From Planctomycetota bacterium (lineage in GTDB: Bacteria; Planctomycetota; UBA1135; UBA2386), in NCBI GenBank assembly GCA_965228735.1, contig OZ245838.1:4096001-4160000 (forward strand): a DNA stretch of 64,000 nucleotides, given 5' to 3'. How positions within the stretch are numbered: the first letter of the stretch is position 1; every line of letters begins with the position of its first letter. This document shows, piece by piece, positions 38,596 to 47,882 of this stretch. The notes under the pieces were generated by a model. It was not told the DNA's origin, did not search any database, and saw only the letters and a program-made list of their open reading frames with translations. Position numbers and translations under genes: made by a program.

Positions 38596-38946
38596 TTACC
38601 GACCCTTCCAGCAGAGCCAGAACGAGAACAGCACGACGAGTGCGGCGGCCGTCGTGACGGAGACGAACAGCGGCTGGCCGGCGGTGCGGCCGACGAGGAA
38701 GTACCAGGTCAACCAACCGAAAACGCAGACGGTGGCGAGGGTGATTCCGAGTATGCGCTGGACACCCGAGCTGCCCCCGAGCTCCCGGACCATCTCGGCA
38801 TGCGCGAGCTCGAACGCGGCATCGAGGTCCGCACGCGCGAGCTGCGGCTCGACCTCGCGCTGTGATCGCACCGCGGCAGCGAGCTTCTCGGCGAGGCGCA
38901 CCGCGCGCGGCCCCGCCGTCGCGCTCTTCGGGGTGATCACGATCAT
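38596..38946 (-). CDS. Small hypothetical membrane protein (2 TM)
   Basis: 116 aa, two C-terminal hydrophobic helices; TAGAGT 6 nt upstream of the ATG. Confidence 0.55.
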   Translation of the reverse strand: MIVITPKSATAGPRAVRLAEKLAAAVRSQREVEPQLARADLDAAFELAHAEMVRELGGSSGVQRILGITLATVCVFGWLTWYFLVGRTAGQPLFVSVTTAAALVVLFSFWLCWKGR

Positions 38947-38989
38947 CGCCGGACTCTACGGCACTCGACCACCAGAGCTACGCCCGGCC

Positions 38990-39886
38990 CTACTTCAGCA
39001 GATCCGGATCGAACGGCAGGTTGGTGCGCAGCTTGTAGCGCCGGTTGCGTTCGCCCGTGCCGACGAACCCGATCTGCCAGATCCCGGCCTGGGCGCAGAC
39101 GAGGAACAGCGGTTCGACCGCCAGAAACGGCGTCGGCCCATCGAGCAGCACGAGCAGTTCGCCCTCACAGACCGGCTGGATGCCGCCGGGCCCGACCCGC
39201 TTCACGGGCCAGTCGAAGCGCTCTGGGATGCCGGCGATCTTCTCGGCCTCCGCGATCGGCATCCGCCCGCCGGGCCGCCCGCCGAGACCGCTGAACATCG
39301 GCGCGTCGAACCCGGCCTTCTGCGCAAGCTCCCAGACCGCGAGCACGTCCTGCATGGCGACCTCCCGATCGACCTCGAACAGCAGGTGCTTCGGCCCGCG
39401 CACGTTCGCGACCCGCGCTGCCAGTTGCGTCACGATCTGCCGCACTGCCGCCGACTCGATCCGCGGCCCGCGAAACTGCGGTGCGTCGCGCCGCTCGCCG
39501 ATGACGATCGTCTCGCCCTTCTGCTGCAACACGATCCGCACCGGCCCGCGCGGGTTCGCGGCGAGCGCGCCGCCGTCGTCCTTGACCTCGACCTCTTCGA
39601 CCACCTCGCCCGGGCTCGCCTTCGGCAGCGCCGCCCCGTGATCCCCGCGGCCGCGCTGCAACTCGTGCAGCCCCCACGTCCCGTTCGACCGCCGCACGGC
39701 CAGCACGAGCGGCCCGTTCCCGGCCGCGACGTCGACCCCGGTCGACAACTTCGGCGGCTCCAACCCCTCGCGCTCGATTAGCTGCCGCACGAGCCCATCC
39801 GCCAGCGACCGCTTCACGGGCGCCACTTCGACGGGCTCCTGCGCCACCGCACAACCGAGCAGAACCACCAACACGAAGAGTCTCAC
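38990..39886 (-). CDS. Exported hypothetical protein with two ExbD/TolR-like segments
   Basis: GTG 39886 starts a signal peptide; FEVDREVAMQDVLAVWELAQKAGF and LLDGPTPFLAVEPLFLVCAQAGIWQIGF resemble the ExbD periplasmic motif. Confidence 0.5.
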   Translation of the reverse strand: MRLFVLVVLLGCAVAQEPVEVAPVKRSLADGLVRQLIEREGLEPPKLSTGVDVAAGNGPLVLAVRRSNGTWGLHELQRGRGDHGAALPKASPGEVVEEVEVKDDGGALAANPRGPVRIVLQQKGETIVIGERRDAPQFRGPRIESAAVRQIVTQLAARVANVRGPKHLLFEVDREVAMQDVLAVWELAQKAGFDAPMFSGLGGRPGGRMPIAEAEKIAGIPERFDWPVKRVGPGGIQPVCEGELLVLLDGPTPFLAVEPLFLVCAQAGIWQIGFVGTGERNRRYKLRTNLPFDPDLLK

Positions 39887-39893
39887 CCCCGGA

Positions 39894-39992
39894 ACGGTAC
39901 CCGGTTCGATCTGCCGGCGTAACCCGCGGGCGCGACAGGATGCCACCTCGAACCAGGTACCGTACGGCGGGCAAGGTACCGTACGGCGGGCA
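39894..39992. repeat. Palindromic REP/MITE-like element, copy 1, with a 19-bp tandem duplication
   Basis: ACGGTACCCGGTTCGA (39894-39909) and TCGAACCAGGTACCGT (39948-39963) are inverted with 1 mismatch; AGGTACCGTACGGCGGGCA occurs twice (39955-39992). Confidence 0.8.
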
Positions 39993-39996
39993 GCGA

Positions 39997-41238
39997 TCAG
40001 AACGCGAAGTTCCAGCCGACCTCGAACGCGTTGTCGTCCGACACGTCGAACGGCAGGCGGCCGGCGCGGTAGGTCGCGAAGAAGCCGTCCTGGTGCGTGA
40101 TCGCGACCGCGACGTAGTCGTAGCTCTCGAGGCCCGCGGCCTGCACCGCGGCCGAAGCGTCGAGCTCCTGGAAGTAGCGGTAGTTCACGCCGACGAAGAG
40201 GTCGCGCTCTTCACCACCCCACTTGAGCCGCAGGAATGGGGTCTTCATACCCGCCTCGAGCATGAGGCGCGGGAACGCCGAGTTGTCGCCGACCATCGCC
40301 CGCGGGTCGTTGCCTTCGGGCTCGACGAGGTCGAGCTTGGCACGAAGGTACGGCAGCGCGTTGCCGCGCGGCGAGAAGCCGCCGTCCCAGCCGCTGAGCC
40401 AACGCGTGATCGCGAACGGATAGTCCGCCACGTTCAGCCAGCTGAGCAGCGTGTCCTGACCGTATGACTTGACGTCGAGCCAGAGCGACCCGCCGACCGT
40501 GACGTTGCGCGCCGTGAACCGCTGGTTGGTCTCGTAACCGCCGTGCAGCTCGGCTTCGACGAAATAGTGGTTCGGGTCGACGAGCTCCGCCATGCGGGCC
40601 CTGATCCGGCGGAGCTTCGCCTCGTTGCCCGCTGCACCTACCATCTCGTTGATCAAGCCCGTGAACTGCGCCTCGGTCCCGGTCCAGCCCGGCACGTTGC
40701 CGAGCCAGTACGAGAACGCGACCTCCGAGACGAGGAAGTCCGCCGGGTTGGTCGCGTCATCGAACGCGACGCTGCCCTTCGCGCGCAGTTCGAACGCCGC
40801 GTGGTTGGCAGGAATGCCGTTCTCGTCACGCTGCTCACCGAACTCGTGTGACTTCTCGTAGTCGTACCCGAAGCCGAGGCTGCTCTCGGCCCCCTGGTTC
40901 TCGAACGTCTTGAGCTCGAGCTGCAGGTTCTGGAACAACGACTCGGCGGGCCCGTCCTCGAAGTTGAACATGTTGCCGAAGACACGGCCCGTGGCCTTGC
41001 CGGCGAGCTTCCGAGCGACCTTGCTGACCGCCGAGGGATTCTCCGCGATGAACTTGGCGATCTCCTTCTCGGCCTTCTCCCGCGGGTTCTCGACGGGCTC
41101 CGACGCACGAACGGGCTCGCCGCCGCCGGCCTCGATCGCTCCGGGATCGAACGGCTCGGGTCCGCGCCATGCGCTCGGCGTCCCGACACATGCGACCAAC
41201 GCGAACGCCGCCGCCATCGCCAACACCGAACGGCACAT
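39997..41238 (-). CDS. Putative lipoprotein with an outer-membrane beta-barrel-like C-terminus
   Basis: ATG 41238 overlaps the upstream stop (TGATG); lipobox LVAC; amphipathic strands; ends FEVGWNFAF. Confidence 0.6.
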   Translation of the reverse strand: MCRSVLAMAAAFALVACVGTPSAWRGPEPFDPGAIEAGGGEPVRASEPVENPREKAEKEIAKFIAENPSAVSKVARKLAGKATGRVFGNMFNFEDGPAESLFQNLQLELKTFENQGAESSLGFGYDYEKSHEFGEQRDENGIPANHAAFELRAKGSVAFDDATNPADFLVSEVAFSYWLGNVPGWTGTEAQFTGLINEMVGAAGNEAKLRRIRARMAELVDPNHYFVEAELHGGYETNQRFTARNVTVGGSLWLDVKSYGQDTLLSWLNVADYPFAITRWLSGWDGGFSPRGNALPYLRAKLDLVEPEGNDPRAMVGDNSAFPRLMLEAGMKTPFLRLKWGGEERDLFVGVNYRYFQELDASAAVQAAGLESYDYVAVAITHQDGFFATYRAGRLPFDVSDDNAFEVGWNFAF

Positions 41239-41732
41239 CACAGCCACCCCACGTACTGCGAGTCGAGCTCCCGCCCTAGTTTGGCGACCGTGTTCGCCTT
41301 GCCGGCGAAAACGGCCTCGACCGCGTCGTACGCGGCGTTCTTGTCCTGCTGCGTGGTGCCCGAACGCGGTTCGAGGGTCGGCCGCCCGGTCAGGACCAGC
41401 TTCAAGAAGCTCGTGCAGAAGTCGCGAGCGGCCTTCCGCTCCATGTCCGCGGACGACCCCGTCGGCCAGAACTGCAGCTGCTCCATCTTCAGCTTGCCGA
41501 CGTCGTCCCAGGACAGCGACAGCTTGAACTGCCCGAAGTAGACGAGCAGGCCGAACGTCGTCTTGTGCGCGACGTTGCTGTCCGACCACGAGGCGGCACC
41601 CGAGGGCACGACCGCGCCAGCAGTCGACGCCCGTCGCGCCGCCTTCTTGGCGACCTTCTTCTTCGTCGCCTTCTTCTTCGCCGACTTCTTCTTGGCCGAC
41701 TTCTTCGCAGCCTTCTTCTTCTTCTGGGCCAT
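41238..41732 (-). CDS. Hypothetical protein with a histone H1-like Lys/Ala-rich N-terminus
   Basis: [34 protein letters not shown]; strong AAGGAG SD. Confidence 0.7.
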   Translation of the reverse strand: MAQKKKKAAKKSAKKKSAKKKATKKKVAKKAARRASTAGAVVPSGAASWSDSNVAHKTTFGLLVYFGQFKLSLSWDDVGKLKMEQLQFWPTGSSADMERKAARDFCTSFLKLVLTGRPTLEPRSGTTQQDKNAAYDAVEAVFAGKANTVAKLGRELDSQYVGWL

Positions 41733-41876
41733 GGCTCCTTCTCCGATTCAGGGGTTTGCGCGCCGCCCTTTCCCGACGCGGCACCCGGATGGTCCCACAC
41801 GCGATCGCCGGCCTCAAGACACCCACCGATTTCTCACGCCGAGCGCGGTAGCATCCGCGGCTCGAAACCCGACGCG

Positions 41877-42839
41877 ATGCGGACCTTCCAGCAACTGATC
41901 CTCGACCTGCAGGCCTATTGGAACGAGCACGGCTGCGCCCTGCTGCAGCCCTACGACATGGAGGTCGGCGCCGGCACGAGCCACACCGCGACGTTCCTGC
42001 GCGCGCTCGGTCCCGAGCCGTGGCGCGCTGCCTACGTGCAGCCGAGCCGGCGCCCGAAGGACGGCCGCTACGGCGACAACCCCAACCGCCTGCAGCACTA
42101 CTACCAGTATCAGGTCGTCCTCAAGCCGTCGCCCGCGGACATCATGGACCTCTACCTCGGTTCGCTGCGCGCGATCGGGCTCGACCTCGAGCAGAACGAC
42201 GTGCGCTTCGTCGAGGACGACTGGGAGAACCCGACGCTCGGCTGCTGGGGCCTCGGCTGGGAGGTCTGGCTCAACGGCATGGAGGTGACGCAGTTCACCT
42301 ACTTCCAGCAGGTCGGCGGCATCGACTGCAAACCGATCACGGGTGAGATCACCTACGGGCTCGAGCGGCTGTGCATGTACATCCAGGGCGTCGAGAACGT
42401 CTATGACCTGCAGTTCGCCGACGGCCTGAAGTACGGCGACGTGTTCCACCAGAACGAGGTCGAGCAGAGCACCTACAACTTCGAGCACAGTGACGTCGAA
42501 TTCCTGCTCACGGCGTTCGACGCCTACGAACGCCAGTCGCAGCACCTGATGTCACAAGAGCTCGCGCTGCCCGCCTACGAGCGGCTGCTCGAAGCCGGCC
42601 ACACGTTCAACCTGCTCGACGCGCGCGGCGCGATCAGCGTCACGGAGCGCGCGGCCTACATCGGCCGCATCCGCAACCTCGCGCGCGCCGTCGCGCAGAG
42701 CTACGTCGACAGTCGGGCGCGCCTCGGCTTCCCGATGGCGCCCAAGGAATGGGCCGACGAGACGGTGCAGAAGCTCGAAGCCGCGCGCGAGAAGGCCGCG
42801 AAGAAGGCGGCCAAGCAGAGCAAGAAGAAGGGCGCCTGA
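41877..42839 (+). CDS. glyQ: Glycine--tRNA ligase alpha subunit
   Basis: [54 protein letters not shown]. Confidence 0.97.
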   Translation: MRTFQQLILDLQAYWNEHGCALLQPYDMEVGAGTSHTATFLRALGPEPWRAAYVQPSRRPKDGRYGDNPNRLQHYYQYQVVLKPSPADIMDLYLGSLRAIGLDLEQNDVRFVEDDWENPTLGCWGLGWEVWLNGMEVTQFTYFQQVGGIDCKPITGEITYGLERLCMYIQGVENVYDLQFADGLKYGDVFHQNEVEQSTYNFEHSDVEFLLTAFDAYERQSQHLMSQELALPAYERLLEAGHTFNLLDARGAISVTERAAYIGRIRNLARAVAQSYVDSRARLGFPMAPKEWADETVQKLEAAREKAAKKAAKQSKKKGA

Positions 42840-43028
42840 GTCGCCACCGGTCGCCGTCGATCGCTGCCGACTGCCACGGATCGCTCCGGTGCAGCCGGAG
42901 GGCCCACGTGAAGGTGTGACAGGTTGTCGCCCTTACCGGCCACTACGGGGGCGCCGCGGGTTTGGCTTTGGCAATCGGCGACTCGTCCGCCTTCAATGCC
43001 AGCCCGTTCCTCCACCACTCAGGATCTC

Positions 43029-43493
43029 ATGTCAGAAGGAAAGCGCCCTGGCGGGCTGACCGCCCTCGCCGTCATCAACTTCGTGTTCACCGGGTTCGGT
43101 GCGCTCAATCTGCTCGCCCTGGCTGCGCTGCTGGCGTTCATCAGCCTCGCCGACACCTCCGACGCGGACATCCCCGAGGGCCTGCGGGAAGCCGTCGAGA
43201 TGTGGAAAGAGATCGGCGTCGGGTTCTTCTACGTTGCGCTGTTGCTCGAGTTGGTGAACACCACACTGCTGCTGCTGTCGGGCATCGGCTACCTCAAGCA
43301 GAAGAAGTTCCTGGGTCGGGGCCTCGGCTCGCTCTATGGCGTGCTCGGGATCGTCGGCGTCGCTGCGACGACGCTCATGGTGCAGAACGACGCCGTCGGT
43401 GGCTTCCAACTGCTGACACTGCTCGCCGTCATCTACCCCCTGCTCACGCTGATCCTGCTGAACACCACGTTCAAGCACGACTTCATCCGCTGA
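43029..43493 (+). CDS. Hypothetical 4-TM membrane protein
   Basis: ATG 43029 after AGGA; KRPGGLTALAVINFV followed by hydrophobic helices. Confidence 0.65.
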   Translation: MSEGKRPGGLTALAVINFVFTGFGALNLLALAALLAFISLADTSDADIPEGLREAVEMWKEIGVGFFYVALLLELVNTTLLLLSGIGYLKQKKFLGRGLGSLYGVLGIVGVAATTLMVQNDAVGGFQLLTLLAVIYPLLTLILLNTTFKHDFIR

Positions 43494-43511
43494 CCAAGAG
43501 CCGAACGTCCG

Positions 43512-44447
43512 ATGAACGGCCGCCAGATCGCACTGATCGCCAAGTACTCGACGCGCTACTCCGTGCGCGGCGGCATCGGGCTGGTCTTCCTGCTCCTGTC
43601 CCTGTCGTTCGGCCTGCTGTCAGCGCACATCATGCTGCAGCCGGTCGAGATCGTTGTGAAACAGATCTCGGAGCAGAACGAGAACGCAGACAAGGGCGAA
43701 CTCACCGAGATGGTCCTCGAGCGCATGGTCAAGGAAGCCGCGCCGGTCGTCAGCTGGATGCTGTCGAGTTCCAGCGCCAATGACGACGATGAGACCGCGG
43801 CTGAGAAAGCCGAAGCCGCGGACGCGTGGGCCGAGTATCTGCTCGAAGAGCGCCCGGCGGTACTGTCCGCGATCTTCCTCATCCTGCTGTTTGGATGGCC
43901 CTTCATCGTCGCGATCGGCGCGTTCGACATCTACGCCGGCGACATCGGCTCGCGGCAGCTGCGCTACCAGCTGTTGCGCGTCGACCGCGGCAGCATCTTC
44001 TTCGGGCGATTGCTCGGCATGCTGGCGACGTTCGCCCTCGTGCTGTTACTGCTCGCGAGCACCGTCGTGCTCTACATGGGGCTCAAGCTCCCCATGTATG
44101 GCTGGGGTGAACTGGTCTCGTGGGCCTTGCAAGGCACGGCCGCGATCCTGTTCGTCTCGATTCCGTACGTAGCGCTCTGCGCGTGGATCTCGGCATCCAT
44201 CGGCAGTTCGTTCGCCGCGCTCACGATCAGCAAACTCGTAATCGCCGGCGTTCCGATGTTCGCGACGTTCGGCTCCTACACCCACGAGGCGGCCGGCTAC
44301 ATCAAGTACCTGCTGCCCTGGGGCGTGCAGAACCGACTGCTGCACCCCGAGTGGAGCCAGTTGCTGCTCGCCGCCGGGGTGTGTCTCGCGCAGACCGCGC
44401 TGTTCACCTGGCTCGGCTACCGCAAGTTCACGAGGCGCGACCTGTGA
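43512..44447 (+). CDS. ABC-2 type transporter permease
   Basis: DIYAGDIGSRQLRYQLLR..R..IFFGR, 6 TM, C-terminal FTRRDL. Confidence 0.8.
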   Translation: MNGRQIALIAKYSTRYSVRGGIGLVFLLLSLSFGLLSAHIMLQPVEIVVKQISEQNENADKGELTEMVLERMVKEAAPVVSWMLSSSSANDDDETAAEKAEAADAWAEYLLEERPAVLSAIFLILLFGWPFIVAIGAFDIYAGDIGSRQLRYQLLRVDRGSIFFGRLLGMLATFALVLLLLASTVVLYMGLKLPMYGWGELVSWALQGTAAILFVSIPYVALCAWISASIGSSFAALTISKLVIAGVPMFATFGSYTHEAAGYIKYLLPWGVQNRLLHPEWSQLLLAAGVCLAQTALFTWLGYRKFTRRDL

Positions 44448-45472
44448 CCGCACCGCCACCCGTTCCCTCCCCGGCGACGCCAGAAGCGGCGACCGGGCGT
44501 CAGGCGATCCGCGTGCAGAACGTCAGCAAGACGTTCGGCACGACCAAGGCGCTCGACGATGTCAGCTTCGACGTCCCCGCGGGTTCGATCTTCGGCCTGC
44601 TCGGCCCCAACGGCGCGGGCAAGACGACGCTGTTCTCGATCACGGCGGGGTTCCTGCAGGCCGACAGCGGTCAGCTGCAGGTGCTCGACACCGACATCCA
44701 ACGCGTCTCGCAGCTGCAGGGCCGCATGACGATCCTGCCGCAGGACGCGTCGTTCCAGAAGAACGTGCCGCTGCTCGACCAGCTCGTGTTCTTCCGTCGG
44801 CTCGACGGCAGCGATCCGGAGACGGCGAAGGAGGAAGTGGTCGAAGCGCTCGAGAAGGTCGGCCTCGCCGAATACCAGCAGCGCGGCATCCACGCGCTGT
44901 CGCACGGCATGCTCAAGCGCCTCGGCATCGCCCAGGCGTTCCTCGGCAACCCCGAGGTCATCATCCTCGACGAGCCGACGTCCGGGCTCGATCCGCAGAA
45001 CGCGCGCCAGATCCGCGACCTCGTGCGCGACCTGCAGAAGTCGGCCAACGTCACGACCGTCGTGAGCTCGCACAATCTCGCCGAGATCCAGGAGCTCTGC
45101 GACCACGTCGCGATCCTAGACCACGGCAAGGTCCGCGCGTGCGGCCCCGTCGAGGAGATCACGCGCAGCAGCCTGATGCTCGAGCTCACGACCTCGCGGC
45201 CGCTGCTGCCGGCCGACTGCGCGGCGCTGACGGACATCGCCGGCGTCACGACGATCGACGATCGCGGCCCGACGCGATACACGGCGCGACTCGCGCTGCC
45301 CCCCGGTCGGTCGGCGGACGACGTGCTCATGGCGGTGCTCCGCGCCCTCATGGACCGCGGCATCACGCCGCGCGGGGTCTCGCAGGGCAACAGCCTCGAA
45401 GAGTTCTTCCTGTCCGTCACCGGCGGTTCGGTGACTGACGGCGAGTCGGCTGATAGCGTCACCGCCGACTGA
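44444..45472 (+). CDS. ABC-2 type transporter ATP-binding protein
   Basis: GPNGAGKTT, LSHGM, ILDEPTSGLDP, SSH; GTG overlaps the permease stop. Confidence 0.9.
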   Translation: MTAPPPVPSPATPEAATGRQAIRVQNVSKTFGTTKALDDVSFDVPAGSIFGLLGPNGAGKTTLFSITAGFLQADSGQLQVLDTDIQRVSQLQGRMTILPQDASFQKNVPLLDQLVFFRRLDGSDPETAKEEVVEALEKVGLAEYQQRGIHALSHGMLKRLGIAQAFLGNPEVIILDEPTSGLDPQNARQIRDLVRDLQKSANVTTVVSSHNLAEIQELCDHVAILDHGKVRACGPVEEITRSSLMLELTTSRPLLPADCAALTDIAGVTTIDDRGPTRYTARLALPPGRSADDVLMAVLRALMDRGITPRGVSQGNSLEEFFLSVTGGSVTDGESADSVTAD

Positions 45473-45529
45473 CCGGCCGGCCCACCACGGCCGGCGCCGC
45501 TCCAACAGCCAACGCCAGCCGACCCCGCC

Positions 45530-47698
45530 GTGACCGCGACCGCGACATCGAAGAACCTGCTCGTCGAACTCTTCGTCGAAGAGCTCCCCCCGAAGGCCCT
45601 CGATAAGCTCGGCCGCGCGTTCGCCGACGGCATCGTTCGCGGACTGCGCGAGCAGGGACTCTGCAGCGACGACGCCCGACTCACCCCGTTCGCCACGCCG
45701 CGCCGACTCGCGGTGCACATCCAGAACGTGCTCGCCCAGGCCGCCGACAAGCAGGTCGAGATCAAGCTCGTCCCCGTCGCGATCGGTCTCGACGACGACG
45801 GTCAGCCGACCAAGGTGCTGGCGAAGAAGCTCAGTGCGATCGGCGCGGACGTGAGCGTCGTGCCGCAGCTGCGGCAGGCGAGCGACGGCAAGAAGGACAC
45901 GCTGTGGCTCGACCGCACCGAGCCGGGCGTCGACCTCGTCGCCGGGCTGCAGAAGGCGCTCGACGACGCCGTCGCCAAGCTGCCGATCCCCAAGGTGATG
46001 ACGTACCAGCAGCAGGACGGCTGGACGGACGTCAAGTTCGTGCGGCCCGCGCATCGCCTGATCGCGCTGCACGGCAGCGAGGTCGTGCCCGTCACGACGC
46101 TCGGACTCACCGCCGGACGGGAGACGCAAGGTCATCGCTTCGAGGCCGGCAACGTCGTGATCGACGTTCGCGATGCCGACAGCTACGCCGCGCAGCTCGA
46201 GAACGACGGCCGCGTGCTCGCGTCGTTCGCGGCCCGGCGCGACGCGATCCGAGCGCAGCTCGACGAGCGCGCGCAGGACCTGAACCTCACACCGATCGCC
46301 GACGACGATCTGCTCGACGAGGTCACCGCACTCGTCGAGCTGCCGAACGTGCTGGCCTGCGGCTTCGAGGACGAGTTCCTCAGCGTGCCGCAGGAATGCC
46401 TCATCCTGACGATGAAGCAGAACCAGAAGTACTTCCCGCTGCTCGACTCCGTGGGCAAGTTGACCAACCGCTTCCTCATCGTCAGCAACATCGCGCCAAA
46501 GGACCCGGGCGCGGTCATCGAGGGCAACGAGCGCGTCGTGCGACCGCGGCTCGCCGACGCCAAGTTCTTCTTCGACCAGGACCGGAAGAACACGCTCGAG
46601 TCGCGCTTGCCGCGACTCGCGAAGGTCGTCTACCACAACAAGCTCGGCTCGCAGCTCGAGCGCGTCGAACGCGTGCGGGCGATCGCGCGGGCCATCGGCA
46701 AGCGCCTCGGCGACGACCGGTCGGGCAGCGGGGGGTCGGGTAGCGGGGAAGCTGGTGGCGCAGACCTCGCGGCCCAGGCCGACCGCGCAGCCCAGCTCGG
46801 CAAGGGCGACCTGCTGACCGAGATGGTCGGCGAGTTCCCCGAGCTGCAGGGCATCATGGGCGGCTACTACGCGCTCAACGACGGCGAGCCCGAGGCGATC
46901 GCGCATGCGATCGAGGACCACTACAAGCCGCGGTTCGCCGGCGACGAGCTGCCGCGCAACGACGTCGGCCTCGTCGTGGCGCTGGCCGACAAGCTCGAGA
47001 CGCTCGTCGGCATGTTCGGCATCGGCCAGAAGCCGACGGGCGACAAGGACCCGTTCGCGCTGCGGCGCCACGCGCTCGGCGTGATCCGCATGCTCATCGG
47101 CAGCGAGTCGCCGCTCGAACTCGAAGAGCTCATCGGCTTCGCCGTGCCCGCGTTCGCGAGCAGCGGCGACCACGCGATCGAGGACCCGACGGCCGCGCTG
47201 TCGGACTTCGTGTTCGACCGCCTGCAGAACGCGCTGCGCGATGACGGCTACACGGCGCAGGAGGTCGCGGCCGTCGTGTCGCTGCGACCGCAGCAACTCG
47301 CGGACGTGCCCCGGCGTCTCGCCGCGGTGCGCGCGTTCGCCGCGCTCCCCGAGGCCGAAGCACTCGCCGCCGCCAACAAGCGCATCGGCAACATCCTCAA
47401 GAAGGGGACGGTCGACCCGGGCGTGGCGGTGCAGGAGAGCCTGCTCCGTGAAGACGCCGAGCGCCGCCTGTGGCAGGCGCTCACCGAGACCGACCGCGCC
47501 GCGCAGGAGCAGCTCGCGGCCGGGGATTACACCGCGGCGCTCAGCCGATGTGCGGCACTGCGCGAGCCGGTCGACGCGTTCTTCGAAGCCGTCATGGTCA
47601 ACGCGGACGACGACGGTTTACGGCGCAACCGACTCGCGCTCCTCGCGCGCTTGCAACGGCTGATGAACGGCATCGCCGACCTCGCGCAGCTCGCGTAA
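45530..47698 (+). CDS. glyS: Glycine--tRNA ligase beta subunit
   Basis: LLVELFVEELPP, TPRRL, FVRP, GNERVVRPRLADAKFF, MVGEFPELQG, DPFALRR, RRNRLALL. Confidence 0.96.
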   Translation: MTATATSKNLLVELFVEELPPKALDKLGRAFADGIVRGLREQGLCSDDARLTPFATPRRLAVHIQNVLAQAADKQVEIKLVPVAIGLDDDGQPTKVLAKKLSAIGADVSVVPQLRQASDGKKDTLWLDRTEPGVDLVAGLQKALDDAVAKLPIPKVMTYQQQDGWTDVKFVRPAHRLIALHGSEVVPVTTLGLTAGRETQGHRFEAGNVVIDVRDADSYAAQLENDGRVLASFAARRDAIRAQLDERAQDLNLTPIADDDLLDEVTALVELPNVLACGFEDEFLSVPQECLILTMKQNQKYFPLLDSVGKLTNRFLIVSNIAPKDPGAVIEGNERVVRPRLADAKFFFDQDRKNTLESRLPRLAKVVYHNKLGSQLERVERVRAIARAIGKRLGDDRSGSGGSGSGEAGGADLAAQADRAAQLGKGDLLTEMVGEFPELQGIMGGYYALNDGEPEAIAHAIEDHYKPRFAGDELPRNDVGLVVALADKLETLVGMFGIGQKPTGDKDPFALRRHALGVIRMLIGSESPLELEELIGFAVPAFASSGDHAIEDPTAALSDFVFDRLQNALRDDGYTAQEVAAVVSLRPQQLADVPRRLAAVRAFAALPEAEALAAANKRIGNILKKGTVDPGVAVQESLLREDAERRLWQALTETDRAAQEQLAAGDYTAALSRCAALREPVDAFFEAVMVNADDDGLRRNRLALLARLQRLMNGIADLAQLA

Positions 47699-47882
47699 TC
47701 CGACCCGGGTCGCGCGCCAGAATCGCTCGACCGTACACAGCCGGGCGATCGGCCCCTTCCGAACGCCGAGGTGATTCACCCAACGACGCAACACGTCACG
47801 GGAGAGAGGCTATGATCTTTCGACCGGCTGGATCGCGTTATCTCTGCGCGCTCCACCACACCTCTCCTTTTCCTACCCAGCC

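Noticed and set aside
39894..39992. Integron attC site between small minus-strand genes
   Set aside because: No RYYYAAC/GTTRRRY core pair at the ends and no integrase in the window; better explained as a REP/MITE-like repeat.
42840..43028. T-box, riboswitch or tRNA after glyQ
   Set aside because: No T-box motif, cloverleaf or recognisable aptamer found by eye; an Rfam scan would be needed to exclude one.
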